Position numbers and translations under genes: made by a program. The notes under the pieces were generated by a model. The model saw only the letters and a program-made list of their open reading frames with translations. It was not told the DNA's origin and made no database searches. A stretch of 64,000 nt of DNA from Octopus sinensis (Eukaryota). The stretch covers positions 52,390,001 through 52,454,000 of the forward strand of contig NC_043000.1 in NCBI RefSeq assembly GCF_006345805.1, read 5' to 3'. Each line of letters starts with the position of its first letter. Position 1 is the stretch's first letter. This document shows, piece by piece, positions 40,131 to 51,585 of this stretch.

Positions 40131-41438
40131 TACTACATATGGGGAAAATATGTGTGTGTGTTTTGTGGCGTTGTTAGCTAACTCCTCTTACATCGTTTTA
40201 TTGATTTTGATGAAACTTGACACTTTAGTTGAATGTGTGTATGGACACCTCGGAACATACTTAGATTGTTGAAAAAATCGATAACACGTCCCATGGAAAT
40301 GATAGTTATATTTACTTCAGACAACTAATTTTTTAAATATCGAAGGGAAATAACCCATACCACCTGCATAATATTTTTTTAAACACTCAAGGGAAATAAT
40401 CCGTAACACCTGTACTTACAGTTGATAGTTTTTAGTGAAGCTATGAATATTTGATTCTCACGATCAGCCGACCTAATTCTGCATTTCACCACCCACAATT
40501 TGGAAATGCACTTTCTTGATATATGTACATTTTCAATGGCCATAAATCCGATAATACCGCATGTTTTGATTCGAGAACGTTTTTAAAAAGTGTGTCCCAA
40601 AACAATGAACTCATATTTTGAATGCTTAAAATTCTTTAAAAATGAAACCAAACCTCTACACCACATTCCGCTTGGACATCCCGTATCACTTCTATTTATT
40701 TTAAAAATCATAATATATTTATTGCTTATTTACAGTTCATAGAACATGTTCATGAAACTAATTGAGCCATCGAATTTTAAAATATTTTGCAGGTTTCATT
40801 ATTTATGTTCCATTACTTTGAATATTGATTTTTTTGTTCGTCCAATTTCTAATTTTTGCAGACAATATGACTTTCTTTTACTTTATTTGACACGTGAGTA
40901 GAAATCTTGTTTCATACTTAGTTTGTTGAAATAAATCGATAATAGGACCCTTCCAACGGATCCTACTATCTACTACGTGCAGTTTTTAGCGATGCCATCA
41001 ATATTTGAACTGCTAAACATTATTATTGCACTTTTTAAATTTGAATCTCTTCATACATTTCTATACATACATCCTTTTTTGAATATCGATTACTCCGATA
41101 ATTCTGCATTTTAATAGTTACAGTTTCTCCATGACAGTAGATAATTTTTTCCACATGTAAGCATAGTGTGCATTCAATCCTCGACTGCCAAATTTCACTT
41201 AACACTTCAACGGCGCTTTTCTCACGGTAAAACAATAGATTTTCTATGAACAACAACCTCTCTCGCCAACCTCCAGCAATTTCTCCCTCCTCCAGCTGGC
41301 AGTGTTTGTTTTTACTTTTTTGTGACGGAAAATACACCTTTTGTGGCAATTATAAGGAAATTGCTTTCTTATATCAGAGTAATAAGGCGTTCTAATAGAA
41401 AATCTTTACTCCTGGGAATTACCGGGTACACCAGCTGG
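40131..41438 (+). mobile_element. Probable non-autonomous Helitron-like element
   Basis: 5' region has aactcctc...gattttgatgaaacttg; internal duplicated motifs (aagggaaataa; catacttag.ttgttgaaa); 3' end ccgggtacaccagCTGG resembles a rolling-circle terminus. No TIR or TSD. Assignment is from recalled motifs. Confidence 0.45.
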
Positions 41439-41499
<61 letters not shown>

Positions 41500-41513
<14 letters not shown>

Positions 41514-41899
41514 TGTGAAATAGAAAGATGAATAATCTTGTAGTAGATTAATCAAAAGTTTAACCGATACCTTAGTAGCAAAAATCACAGCAGTAAACAG
41601 CACGTTGGAGGTACAACCATATGGTGTTGCAACCGTGCGTTGGTGCGGATAATTGAAATTAAAATATTATTGGTGAATTGAAGAAATGGAGCTGAACGCA
41701 GATTGAACAGAAATCGTTTTATTTCATTCTACACGTGTTTCGAAAGGCACAATTTACCAAAATCCGATTGAATAATGGGACCATATTGTGTCCCATTATT
41801 CAATCGGATTTTGGTAAATTGTGCCTTTCGAAACACGTGTAGAATGAAATAAAACGATTTCTGTTCAATCTGCGTTCAGCTCCATTTCTTCAATTCACC
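41500..41899 (-). mobile_element. PLE 3' end with perfect 110-bp fold-back
   Basis: Same family as 32830-33150 and 46010-46300. Arms 41672-41781 / 41790-41899 are identical by eye. Confidence 0.88.
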
Positions 41900-41930
<31 letters not shown>

Positions 41931-42933
41931 TTATATATATATATATATAAATGCACACACATACACATATATATGCATATACATGTATGTATATATATGT
42001 ATGTAGATATGTAAACACACACGTTCGCGCGCGCGCACACACACACATATATATATATATAAATATCACTGCAATGTTCGAGTGTGAAAATGGGGGATAG
42101 AGAGAAAGAGAAAGAGAGAGAGAGAGTAAGAGAGAGATTTTAACCTTTTGATTGTAATCAATTAAAGCTTGTGTGATGAATTTTACTTAGATAACAAAGC
42201 ATTAACCAGGAACTTAACATTTACAGTATCATATTTAAAAGCATTTTCCCTGAACTATTTATCTCTATTTTACTGACATGAAAACCTTCCATGAAGAAGA
42301 AAATAAGTCTGCGCTGTTATTACATAGGTAGTATCGTGTACGACATTTCATCTATTGTAATGAACACTCTTCTGCTGTAACCTAATAGATTATCGATTTC
42401 TACCCATAGGAAAAGCTTTAAAATTTCAGGGGATTAATTCTTGCACGTGGAATAGTTAATTTATCTCTCATACCCGGTGAGATGAAAGGCAAGGTCAATT
42501 CTAGTGATATTGGAATTAAGCAAATTATAATGGAATGGAATAAAATATTCTAATGCTTCTTTATAAAATGGATCTCTTCATTCTTACAAGAAAAAGTAAA
42601 ACTTGTCTGTTTTTGGTGATTTGGCGCATGGTGAATATATCAATGCGTACGGTAAAGTAATAAATGCACTTTCTTGTCGATAAGTAATTGAAATGAACAA
42701 ACATCGCGTAATAATTGAAAGCTACTCTCGATCACGTGTACCGTGGAATATTTTTTATGTAGTACAATGTTTCCCAGGATGATATAATAGGCTTTCTAAC
42801 ATGAGTACACGAGTGTGAATTTGGTCGTGAGCATTGGATCGTAACATCTTAATATTAATAACAGCATATTAAAACATAAAGTTTTCTGTTGATAGTGTAT
42901 ATTACGTATTAAAATAATGTTTTATATTATAAG

Positions 42934-43317
42934 TGTGGAGGCGCAATGGCCCAGTGGTTAGGGCAGCGGACTCGCGGTCATAGGATCGCGGTTTCGATTC
43001 CCAGACCGGGCGTTGTGAGTGTTTATTGAACGAAAACACCTAAAGCTCCACGAGGCTCCGGTAGGGGATGGTGGTGATCCCTGCTGTACTCTTTGACCAC
43101 AACTTTCTCTTACTTCCTGTTTCTGTTGTACCTATATTTCAAAGGGCCGGCCTTGTCAATCTCTGTGTCACGCTGAATATACTCGAGAACTACGTTAAGG
43201 GTACACGTGTCTGTGGAGTGCTCAGCCACTTACACGTTAATTTCACGAGCAGGCTGTTCCGTTGATTCGGATCAACCGGAACCCTCGTCGTCGTAACCGA
43301 CGGAGTGCTTCCATCCA
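42934..43317 (+). mobile_element. Young full-length tRNA-derived SINE family C (resembles octopus OR-type SINEs)
   Basis: A box TGGCCCAGTGG, B box GGTTTCGATTCC, perfect 11-bp TSD tatattataag (42923-42933, 43318-43328). An older fragment lies at 43845-43940. Confidence 0.95.
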
Positions 43318-45302
43318 TATATTATAAGCATAGCGGATTACATTTTGAAATAATGATGTAACGGATTAAAACAATTCTAATATTTAACTAGCTCTTTATC
43401 TATGTATCGCAAAAAAGCTCCAGCAAATTTGAACTCAGAGAGTGAAAGAAATCCCATAAGCTATTTTGCCTTGACCCCTACCGGTTCTACTATTCCATTG
43501 CTTTCCGTGAGGGTATGGCAGTTACAACTACTTTTCTTGCAGCATATTCAAGAAAATAAAAATAAACTACTTAAGTTATATCTAGAAGTGAAGCTCATCC
43601 TCAAACGGCCAAGTATTTAATCAGCTTTCAACAGCATATTTATGTCTTAAAATATATGATCTTGATGTATGTTATTAAAAAGGAAAAATTAAAATTTATT
43701 TATAAAACACATTTATCAAGAATGTAATTATTGTTTCCGCCGTCTAAATACTCACACTATTATTTCTCCAATATTTAAATTGGGAAGACATTTCATACTT
43801 GATAATTAATTTTCGACTCTATTTTGAATTAACAAAAGCAGCAATTCAAAAGGCCAGACATGTCATTCACATTCATGCTGATTCTCCCTGAACATTAAGT
43901 TAACTGTACACCTGTCTGTGTAATACTCTGTCACTTACTATTAAGAACAGCTATTATTTATGACTATGAGCATTAATAAGATATCAATGAACGCAAAGCA
44001 TTCAACGATGCAGTATGTTCCTAGTAAGTTCAAGGTACGTTATATATATTGTTGCAGCGCAGTATGCTCCAGTTATGTTGATTATATTTGTCTCTTGCGT
44101 ACTTAGTCTTCATACTGCTGAAGCATTAAACCGATCACACTACAAACCAGTTTGCCAGTTCATTTCAAATTCAATATTATCAAATATATAATCATGTTCT
44201 ACTTGAGAGTTTGTATTTTAGGGCAATAAACATCTTTGTGGTATTTCCTGACGCTGGATTTGCTTTTCAGACTGCCGATAAATTAGGCCGAATAATATAA
44301 ATATTAAGGCGGAAATCTACTGAAAATTGCATTTTATAAGGAATAACTTAATCACCGTATGTTCACAGAAACTATTGTGATATAACATGTTCTGAGTAGT
44401 TTACGTTTAGAAGCAATACAAAATCAAATATCGCATTTGTACATGCAAGAATCTTATACGCCTACCTAGTATTTAGCATCTATACCATAACATATGAGAG
44501 AATGTTCATTTATTATGGAGTAACTGCTGTCATACAAGATAACATTAACTGCTCCTTCCATATGGTTATATATATAGTATTGCTACTTCCACTGCCGATT
44601 TCAAGTAACTGTTGATTTCAAGATAAGGTTAATCATAAAGCCTTATCCCGATCTTTTAATTATTTCGGCTTACATCTTTATATTAGAAAGTACCAACTGT
44701 CAAATACACTAAGGTTTATTTTCACTCAAACATATGTTAAATATATAGTTACATGATTTATCGTGTGGATAGTATAATATTTTTTCGAGAAAGGAATTAA
44801 AACTTAATTTTTGAATTAATATTACATAACTAGTTCCCATTCCAGCAAGCATTTGTTTAAATTAGATCTGCCGTCAGACAATATTATTTGTAGAATATAT
44901 TATTAGAAATGTAATTACAGATCGTGTAATGTCTATAATGTCCTCATCATATTTAGTTAATAGATACACATACACACACGCACATACACACAAACACACA
45001 CACACAAACACACATACAAACAAAACAGGCTCCCATATCCATACACCCAACTATTTACGAGCGGAACCTTCAGCAAAGCTGCGGAATGTTTTATGGTTAC
45101 TGCTCTAAGACTGTTCATAGTCTCGGTTACATATTTACAAGGCTGGTGCTCTGTATAAGAGACAATTATCAAAAAATAGGTATGTAGAAAGGTTACTAAA
45201 TGCCTTTTGTTATTTTCTATGAAAGTGCTACTTCACATCACCTTATTCTTCAGAGCTGAAATTTTTGGTAATATACAAATCCACAATGACCTACGCTCTA
45301 AA

Positions 45303-45475
45303 TGTCCAGGCTTGGTTGTGTGGTAAGAAACTTGTTTCCCAACCACATGGTTGGGGTTTAGTCCTACTGCGTGGTACTTTAAGCAACTGACTTTCCCTAT
45401 AGCCTCGGTCCGACCAAAACCATATGAGTGGATATGGTAGAGGAAAACTGAAGGAAGCCCGTCGTATATATATGT
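45303..45475 (+). mobile_element. 5' half of SINE family A
   Basis: ggttgtgtggtaagaaacttg...ggaagcccgtcgtatata. It ends at the (TA)n where the palindromic element begins. Confidence 0.88.
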
Positions 45476-45576
45476 ATATATATATATATATATAACAATT
45501 GCAGCGTGGAAGGTGTTTATAAGCCATTTAAGAAACACACAAAAACCGTTAAATTCACTTCAATATTTAAATTTAA

Positions 45577-45627
45577 TTTGTCAAAATATTTTCGTCGCTT
45601 TGAGACCGCGACCTGTTCACTGACAAA
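45577..45627 (-). ncRNA. G3:C8 hammerhead-fold motif, minus arm
   Basis: Exact reverse complement of 45650-45700. Confidence 0.65.
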
Positions 45628-45649
45628 ATTCTGAGATGCAGCACAGAAT

Positions 45650-45700
45650 TTTGTCAGTGAACAGGTCGCGGTCTCAAAGCGACGAAAATATTTTGACAAA
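45650..45700 (+). ncRNA. G3:C8 hammerhead-fold motif, plus arm
   Basis: tttgtca-GTGAACA-g-gtcgc.ggtctcaaa.gcgac-GAAA-atat-TT-tgacaaa. Stem I 7 bp, stem II 5 bp, palindromic stem III aatatt. Confidence 0.65.
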
Positions 45701-45838
45701 TTAAATTTAAATGTTGAAGTGAATTTAACGGTTTTTGTGTGTTTCTTAAATTGCTTATAAACACCTTCCACGCTGCAATTGTTTTCGTTCCAGCACCTGA
45801 TCTCAGATCAGGTCACTTGCTTTGCAAGTACATCTCCG

Positions 45839-45947
<109 letters not shown>

Positions 45948-45948
45948 T

Positions 45949-45980
<32 letters not shown>

Positions 45981-46009
45981 ATAGATAGTTAGATAGATAG
46001 ATGTGTGTA

Positions 46010-46830
46010 TTTTCCCTTGTTAAAAATTAACACGGAAAAATAGATACTTACCAGGGTAGCAAAAAATCACACAAGTAAAAAGGTTGTAACTCCTTGTTTT
46101 TAAAGGTAGAAACTTCGGGTTTACGTTAAATTTTTGCATAATGTATAAATAAATAAATGGAGTTTAACGCAGGTGTAATTCAAATACTTTTACTTCCGAC
46201 ACATGTTTCGAAGATATCACTGATATTATTCCAAAGGAATAAAATGGTGTAAAACAATGTAATCTTCTCTTCAGCGAAGTGAAGAAATGAAATTCCTCAA
46301 TAAGACATTTTAACAGAAAATGATGGATATGTATGGTGATTAACTGAACGCTATTAATATTCTTTGAAAAAAACGTTATATGATATAACGTCAGATGTAG
46401 CCTATAGAAAGAGGAGGGATAAATTAAAGAAAAGCTAAATAAATTAGAAGTATATGACTATATGTATATTAAATAAAACCTTATATACTAGGAAAAAATA
46501 TTTTTAGTAATTGTGAAATATGAAAAAAATTTATGTTTAAATTATATATAATGATAGAGATGACTTATATGAACTAAAGGCGTGTTTTTGCCGATGTTTA
46601 CATCGGTGTGCACGCTTTATAACCGTTTTTACTAGTGGATTTTTAGAAAAAATAATGAAAAATAGTTCAGAATTAAAGAGAAGACAGAATTCTTTGCCTT
46701 TGTCATAAGGTATTGAGATTGAGAGAATCAACCAATCTAAATTAAACTGCTTATTGTGGTTTTTTAAATCCGAAATTAATTTACTCAGCCCTGTATTGAT
46801 ACGTTTATTCCTGTCCCTAACTGCCAAGTA
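46010..46830 (-). pseudogene. Penelope-like 3' fragment (endonuclease C-terminus, 3' UTR, hammerhead)
   Basis: ORF 46537-46827 NTGLSKLISDLKN...LDWLIL...PYDKGKEFCLLFNSE...RCKH is homologous to 33726-33960. Confidence 0.85.
46192..46280 (-). ncRNA. Type I hammerhead motif with canonical core
   Basis: acttcg-CTGAAGA-gaagat...atcttc-GAAA-catgtg-TC-ggaagt. Only the stem I pair next to the core is a G.G mismatch. Confidence 0.75.
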
Positions 46831-46849
46831 ATGGTTAGAAATCCTTTTG

Positions 46850-47323
46850 AAAGGGATCTAAAAGACCGCAATAAACTGTTTCTGTCAGCTCGCCGCCTCT
46901 TTCTCTAAAAGATTGCCTCAGCAACTGTGTTGTTTCTCTTTCGGTTTGAGAAGTTGCCACATCTTGCTAGAATCACATATTGGGCCTGTTATGAAGAGTC
47001 CTCGATCGTGGACCTGTACAGCTCACCAGTCACAGTGACAGCATTCCCATCATCATACACAAAGAAATAAGGCCGATTATCCCAACCACCGTAATTGCAC
47101 TCCGTACTCAACACTTTATGGAATGATATTCTCTTCGGTGGTTTCTGGGTTTGAATAAGTGATTTTGATAGAACAATTTCACCACTTGGGTGCATTGCGC
47201 GGTGTCATATTTTCCATAATTAATTTGTAAGATCTAGTCCATAAAATTCCTGAAAAGAAAGAAAATGTAAAAACAAAATAAAAGGATTATCAAATATTGA
47301 AACCCCTCAGTGACTTTTCGGCC

Positions 47324-47331
<8 letters not shown>
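46850..47331 (-). pseudogene. rosa/maT-like transposon fragment with left TIR
   Basis: PYFFVYDDGNAVTVTGELYRSTI and WF*QDVATS. TIR (rc) tagggtggccgaaaagtcact resembles the one at 34941. Confidence 0.75.
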
Positions 47332-47364
<33 letters not shown>

Positions 47365-47647
47365 ATTATTTGAGGGAATAAAATCCAAACTTACAAGGAA
47401 AAAAATTCAATTTAGAAATACTAAATCAAATTTCACACAGTATGATATATATATAGAAAATTAGAAAAAAAACACCTTTTATCTATTATATACGTTTTTA
47501 TAATTTTTTGCATTTTACTTAATCTTTGATATTTTATTGTTATTTCAATTTTAAGTTTTCTATTATATGTAAGTTTCTAGATGGTGTAATTTAATTGATC
47601 ATTTTGAATTGATAAAAGGTAGTTTGTTTTTAATTATATATATATAT

Positions 47648-48530
47648 ATGCGTGACACATTTCTCATTATTCTGACGAGGTCTTCCATCAAAATATTGAA
47701 TTTGGCATTGTCCGTAATGGCTGAGTTCCGGTGGATCAAGTGTTTTGAGGCCATAGGTTTGGCATAGTATGAATGAAGGATTTGGGTTTTACTATTCACA
47801 ATTTCTAGCCAGAGTTCTGTGTCTAGTACTGGTAGTCTATGGTTGGGGTGTTTAGTGGGGTAGTCTATTGAGACCTTAATATTCTGGTGGATGGAGTTAG
47901 CTATTTGCTGGATGCTCTCCATAGTATTAGTTTCTATTACTATACCAACGTTACTCTCTTGTGATGGTGCCTTTACCACTATGTTGATATCATCGACATA
48001 GCGAGAGTACATGTTTACGAGTATGGAGTTCTGTGTTAGGCGTTCTATAAGCCTTCTGTCCCACCATACCATGAAAAGGTTGGCCACATCACCAGCGATA
48101 CTAACGCCGATGGCTGCCCCCTCGTCCTGGGCATATATTTTATTATTAAACTTAAACGTGTGGCCTTTTAGGGTAACTCTTATACTAGCTCCTAGTGCAT
48201 GTGCGATCATTTACTTTACCTGATGGACATTTGGGGGGCTCCGTATGGCTCTGGTCCATCCGCGACATCTTTCTATATGTGTCTTCCTAGCCATAGAAGT
48301 AATTATGGGCGGTCTACCTCTTAAACATCTACTGGGGCAGAAACTACTAAGATTATGCTTATCTAAGTATTCATTATTACATGTCAGTCTAAGTAGGAGG
48401 CCCAGTTCTTCTGTGTTGACATTACGGAACTCCACCTGGCTCTCGTTGATCATCTCCACGCACTTCCCCACCGCAAAATCTACGTCGACCGATGGGTATA
48501 GGGATACCACATCCATGCTACCCACCATAC
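47648..48530 (-). pseudogene. Inverted 5' segment of a Penelope element: RT palm to thumb
   Basis: GSMDVVSLYPSV, GAAIGVSIAGDVANLFM, YSRYVDDI and LPVLDTELW, with one frameshift near 48211. Confidence 0.95.
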
Positions 48531-49809
48531 ATAAAATATATGCCAAGGACGAGGGGGCAGCCATCGGCGTTAGTATCGCTGGTGATGTGGCCAACCTTTT
48601 CATGGTATGGTGGGACAGAAGGCTTATAGAACGCCTAACACAGAACTCTATACTCGTAAACATGTACTCTCGCTATGTTGATGATATCAACATAGTGGTA
48701 AAGGCACCACCACAAGAGAGTAATGTTGATATAGTAATAGAAACTAATACTATGGAGAGCATCCAGCAAATAGGTAACTCCATCCACCAGAGTATTAAGG
48801 TCACAATAGACTACCCCACTAAACACCCCAACCATAGACTACCAGCACTAGGCACTGAACTCTGGCTAGAAATTGTGAATAATAAAACCCAAATCCTTCA
48901 TTCATACTATGCCAAACCTATGGCCTCATAACACTTGATCCACCGGAACTCAACCATTGCGGACAATGCCAAATTCAATATTTTGATAGCAGACCTCGTC
49001 AGAATAATGAGAAATGTGTCACGCATGTGCGAGCCCACAGAGTTAAAGAGACACATACAATATTTCATTCACTGCATGCAGTTCTCAGGTTACAGCCATA
49101 AAGAAAGGATGAGAGTATACAAAGGAGCCATGAAGAAATTAGATAATATATTATCTAATGATAGGAATGGGATTGCCCACTCTATAGGAACAAGTCATGG
49201 AACACTATAGAAAGGACAAAAAAGAAAATAGGGAAGGCCAACTCTTGGTGTGATAGCCATAAATACCAGAGTGACATGTTCGTTGACACCACCCCTGGAG
49301 GTGAACTGGCGTACCGCTTTAGAAGGACCATAGACAAACTTAAGCTAAGAATTAAGGTTGTTGAAAAGCCAGGCAACCCTATCAAATCTATAATTGGTAG
49401 AACATATCCTTTTAGTAGAACCCCCTGTACGGATAAGTACTGTACTGTATGTAGATTTAGCCCACAAACAAACTGTAAAGCCAGAAATGTAGTCTATAGT
49501 ATAAGATGTATAGAGGGACGATGCAGTAACAAGACAACGACATACGAAGGGGAAACGGCAAGAAGCATAGGAGAGCGGGTAAATGGCCATTGGAGACAAC
49601 TCAAGGAAGGTAAAAGCTCACCGATTCTGTACCAACACGCCGAACAGGAACACGGGGGATCAATCAATAACATAGAAATTAAAATATTGTCCACACATAG
49701 AACAGATGCAACAATTAGACAAATTACAGAAGCTACACACATGATAGAAAATAAACCTAGCCTGAATAGAAAACTACAATGGAGCACTAGCACACACCAC
49801 AACATATGA
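48531..49809 (+). pseudogene. Penelope element ORF 3' part: RT (YVDD), thumb and GIY-YIG endonuclease
   Basis: YSRYVDDI; CKARNVVYSIRC...C...TYEGETARSIGERVNGH; RQITEATHMIENKPSLN. Stop at 48929-48931 plus frameshifts. Confidence 0.96.
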
Positions 49810-49867
49810 CGATAGAGGATCCCGAAAACATAATAAATACACAGATAAATAAACAAATAGAAATAAA

Positions 49868-49911
<44 letters not shown>

Positions 49912-50179
49912 CGATTCGATTTATTATTATTATTACTTGTATTGTTGTTATACATACATACATACATACAAGCATACGTAATGATAATAATAAGTGGATG
50001 TAAACACATGAACGTATATAAACAGAATATACAAATATACAGGCATCCCCCCACATACACACTAAATAAACATAGACGCACATAGAGATATAAGCATGCG
50101 CAAATGAAGACGTACAATAGAAATACAAAATGGCTGACGGTTAGTAAGGAGAGACACGAATAAGAAACAAGAAAACAAA

Positions 50180-50225
50180 GGACCACTGATGCGGTCACAG
50201 AAGTGTGACGAAAGAACTCTGGCCG
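50180..50225 (+). ncRNA. Degenerate hammerhead in the 3' UTR of the Penelope element
   Basis: ggacca-CTGATGC-g-gtcac.agaagt.gtgac-GAAA-gaac-TC-tggcc. A9 is changed to C and stem I has a mismatch. Confidence 0.6.
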
Positions 50226-50499
50226 AAATAAGATTAAGATTAATGTAAAAAATAAATAACACTGATGCAAAATAACACCAAATATATAGTGCGTGTGTTT
50301 TTATTGGCTAAACTGGCAATATGACCATTCCGAAATATAACAATATCTGTTTCAACACACGACTTCACATAAAAAATCTTGCACAACAAATATTTAAACG
50401 TATATATATATATATTATATATATATATATATAATATATATATAATATATATATATATATATGTACATTTATATCTATATCCTTCTTCTATCGCTCTCT

Positions 50500-50536
<37 letters not shown>

Positions 50537-50569
50537 GTATATATATATAGTTATTTTATTAAAAGTTAT

Positions 50570-51355
50570 TTTATTCCACACGGGTAGAAATATCGAGGAA
50601 ATAGAAGTTGAAAATGCACTGAGAATAGTTAAAACATTTTTTATTAAAATAAGTAAAACTTTAATCGGTTTCACAGTTTAAACTGATTTTCAGAAGGTTC
50701 AAAAAGAAAAATGTGGCTTATGTCTCAGCTGTCTTGCTTCTGACTAGTTTTTGAAGCTGGCCGTATCTTTATAGTGAGTTCATGGCTCAAATTAGTATAT
50801 GCTTTGAATAGGATTTGATTCATAAACGATAGCCCCATGACTGGTCTTAGACATTTTTGTACGTTTTCTGTCAAGTGTTTCTGTGAACTGTAGCAGGAAC
50901 GTAGTGGGAACGTACGAACATAACAGGAAGCGTACAAAAATTTATAAAATAATCTTGCATTTATTCTCTACAAACAATTGACAGAAAACATTCAGAACAC
51001 TGATTGTTTGGATATGTTCAGTCGACCGTGTCAGGCTTAACTTACGACGCAAAACATTGTCACTTAATACTAACAGACGAACGTACCGAGGAATCTACAA
51101 AAAATTCCAAGACAAGTTATGTAACCATCCTCCACCAATCAAATCCTATTCAAAACATATACTAATTTTACCAATTACCTCCCTATAAAATTAAGGCAAG
51201 CTTCAGACACTAGTCAGAAGCAAGACAGATGCAACATAATCCATATCTTTCTATTTGAACTATTTGAAATCATTGTAAAGTGTGAAACCAGTTAAAATTT
51301 TAAATATATAAAAAAATATTCTATTCGCATTTCATTTTCAACTTCTATTTTTCAT
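50570..51355. mobile_element. Two diverged PLE-type ends in inverted orientation
   Basis: ~50570-50850 vs ~51135-51350 share aatcaaatcctattcaaa..catatactaattt and actagtcagaagcaagacag. A relic hammerhead (CTGAAAA...GAAAccgaTT) lies at 50656-50699 on the minus strand. Confidence 0.65.
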
Positions 51356-51585
51356 ATATATATATATATATATATATATGTGTATAAACAGGTGGTGTAA
51401 TTGCCTTACGGGACTGTCACGTTATGTTGACAGTATACAACCTCTCTATCGCTCCACCACCGCTCATGTCTCTTTGACACATTTATAAATTCAATATTTC
51501 TAATTACGGTGACCACTGAATAGATTACACTGTAAACATATATATTTGCGAAGGCTAGGCATGTATCTCAACTAGCAGGGCTCGC

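Noticed and set aside
42934-43010. Possible tRNA genes (also 10260-10330, 10500-10560, 31820-31892)
   Set aside because: A and B boxes are present, but no complete cloverleaf was evident and each runs straight into a SINE body.
47671-47682. CTGACGA near the Penelope RT arm
   Set aside because: It is antisense coding sequence (LVR codons) with no hammerhead stems.
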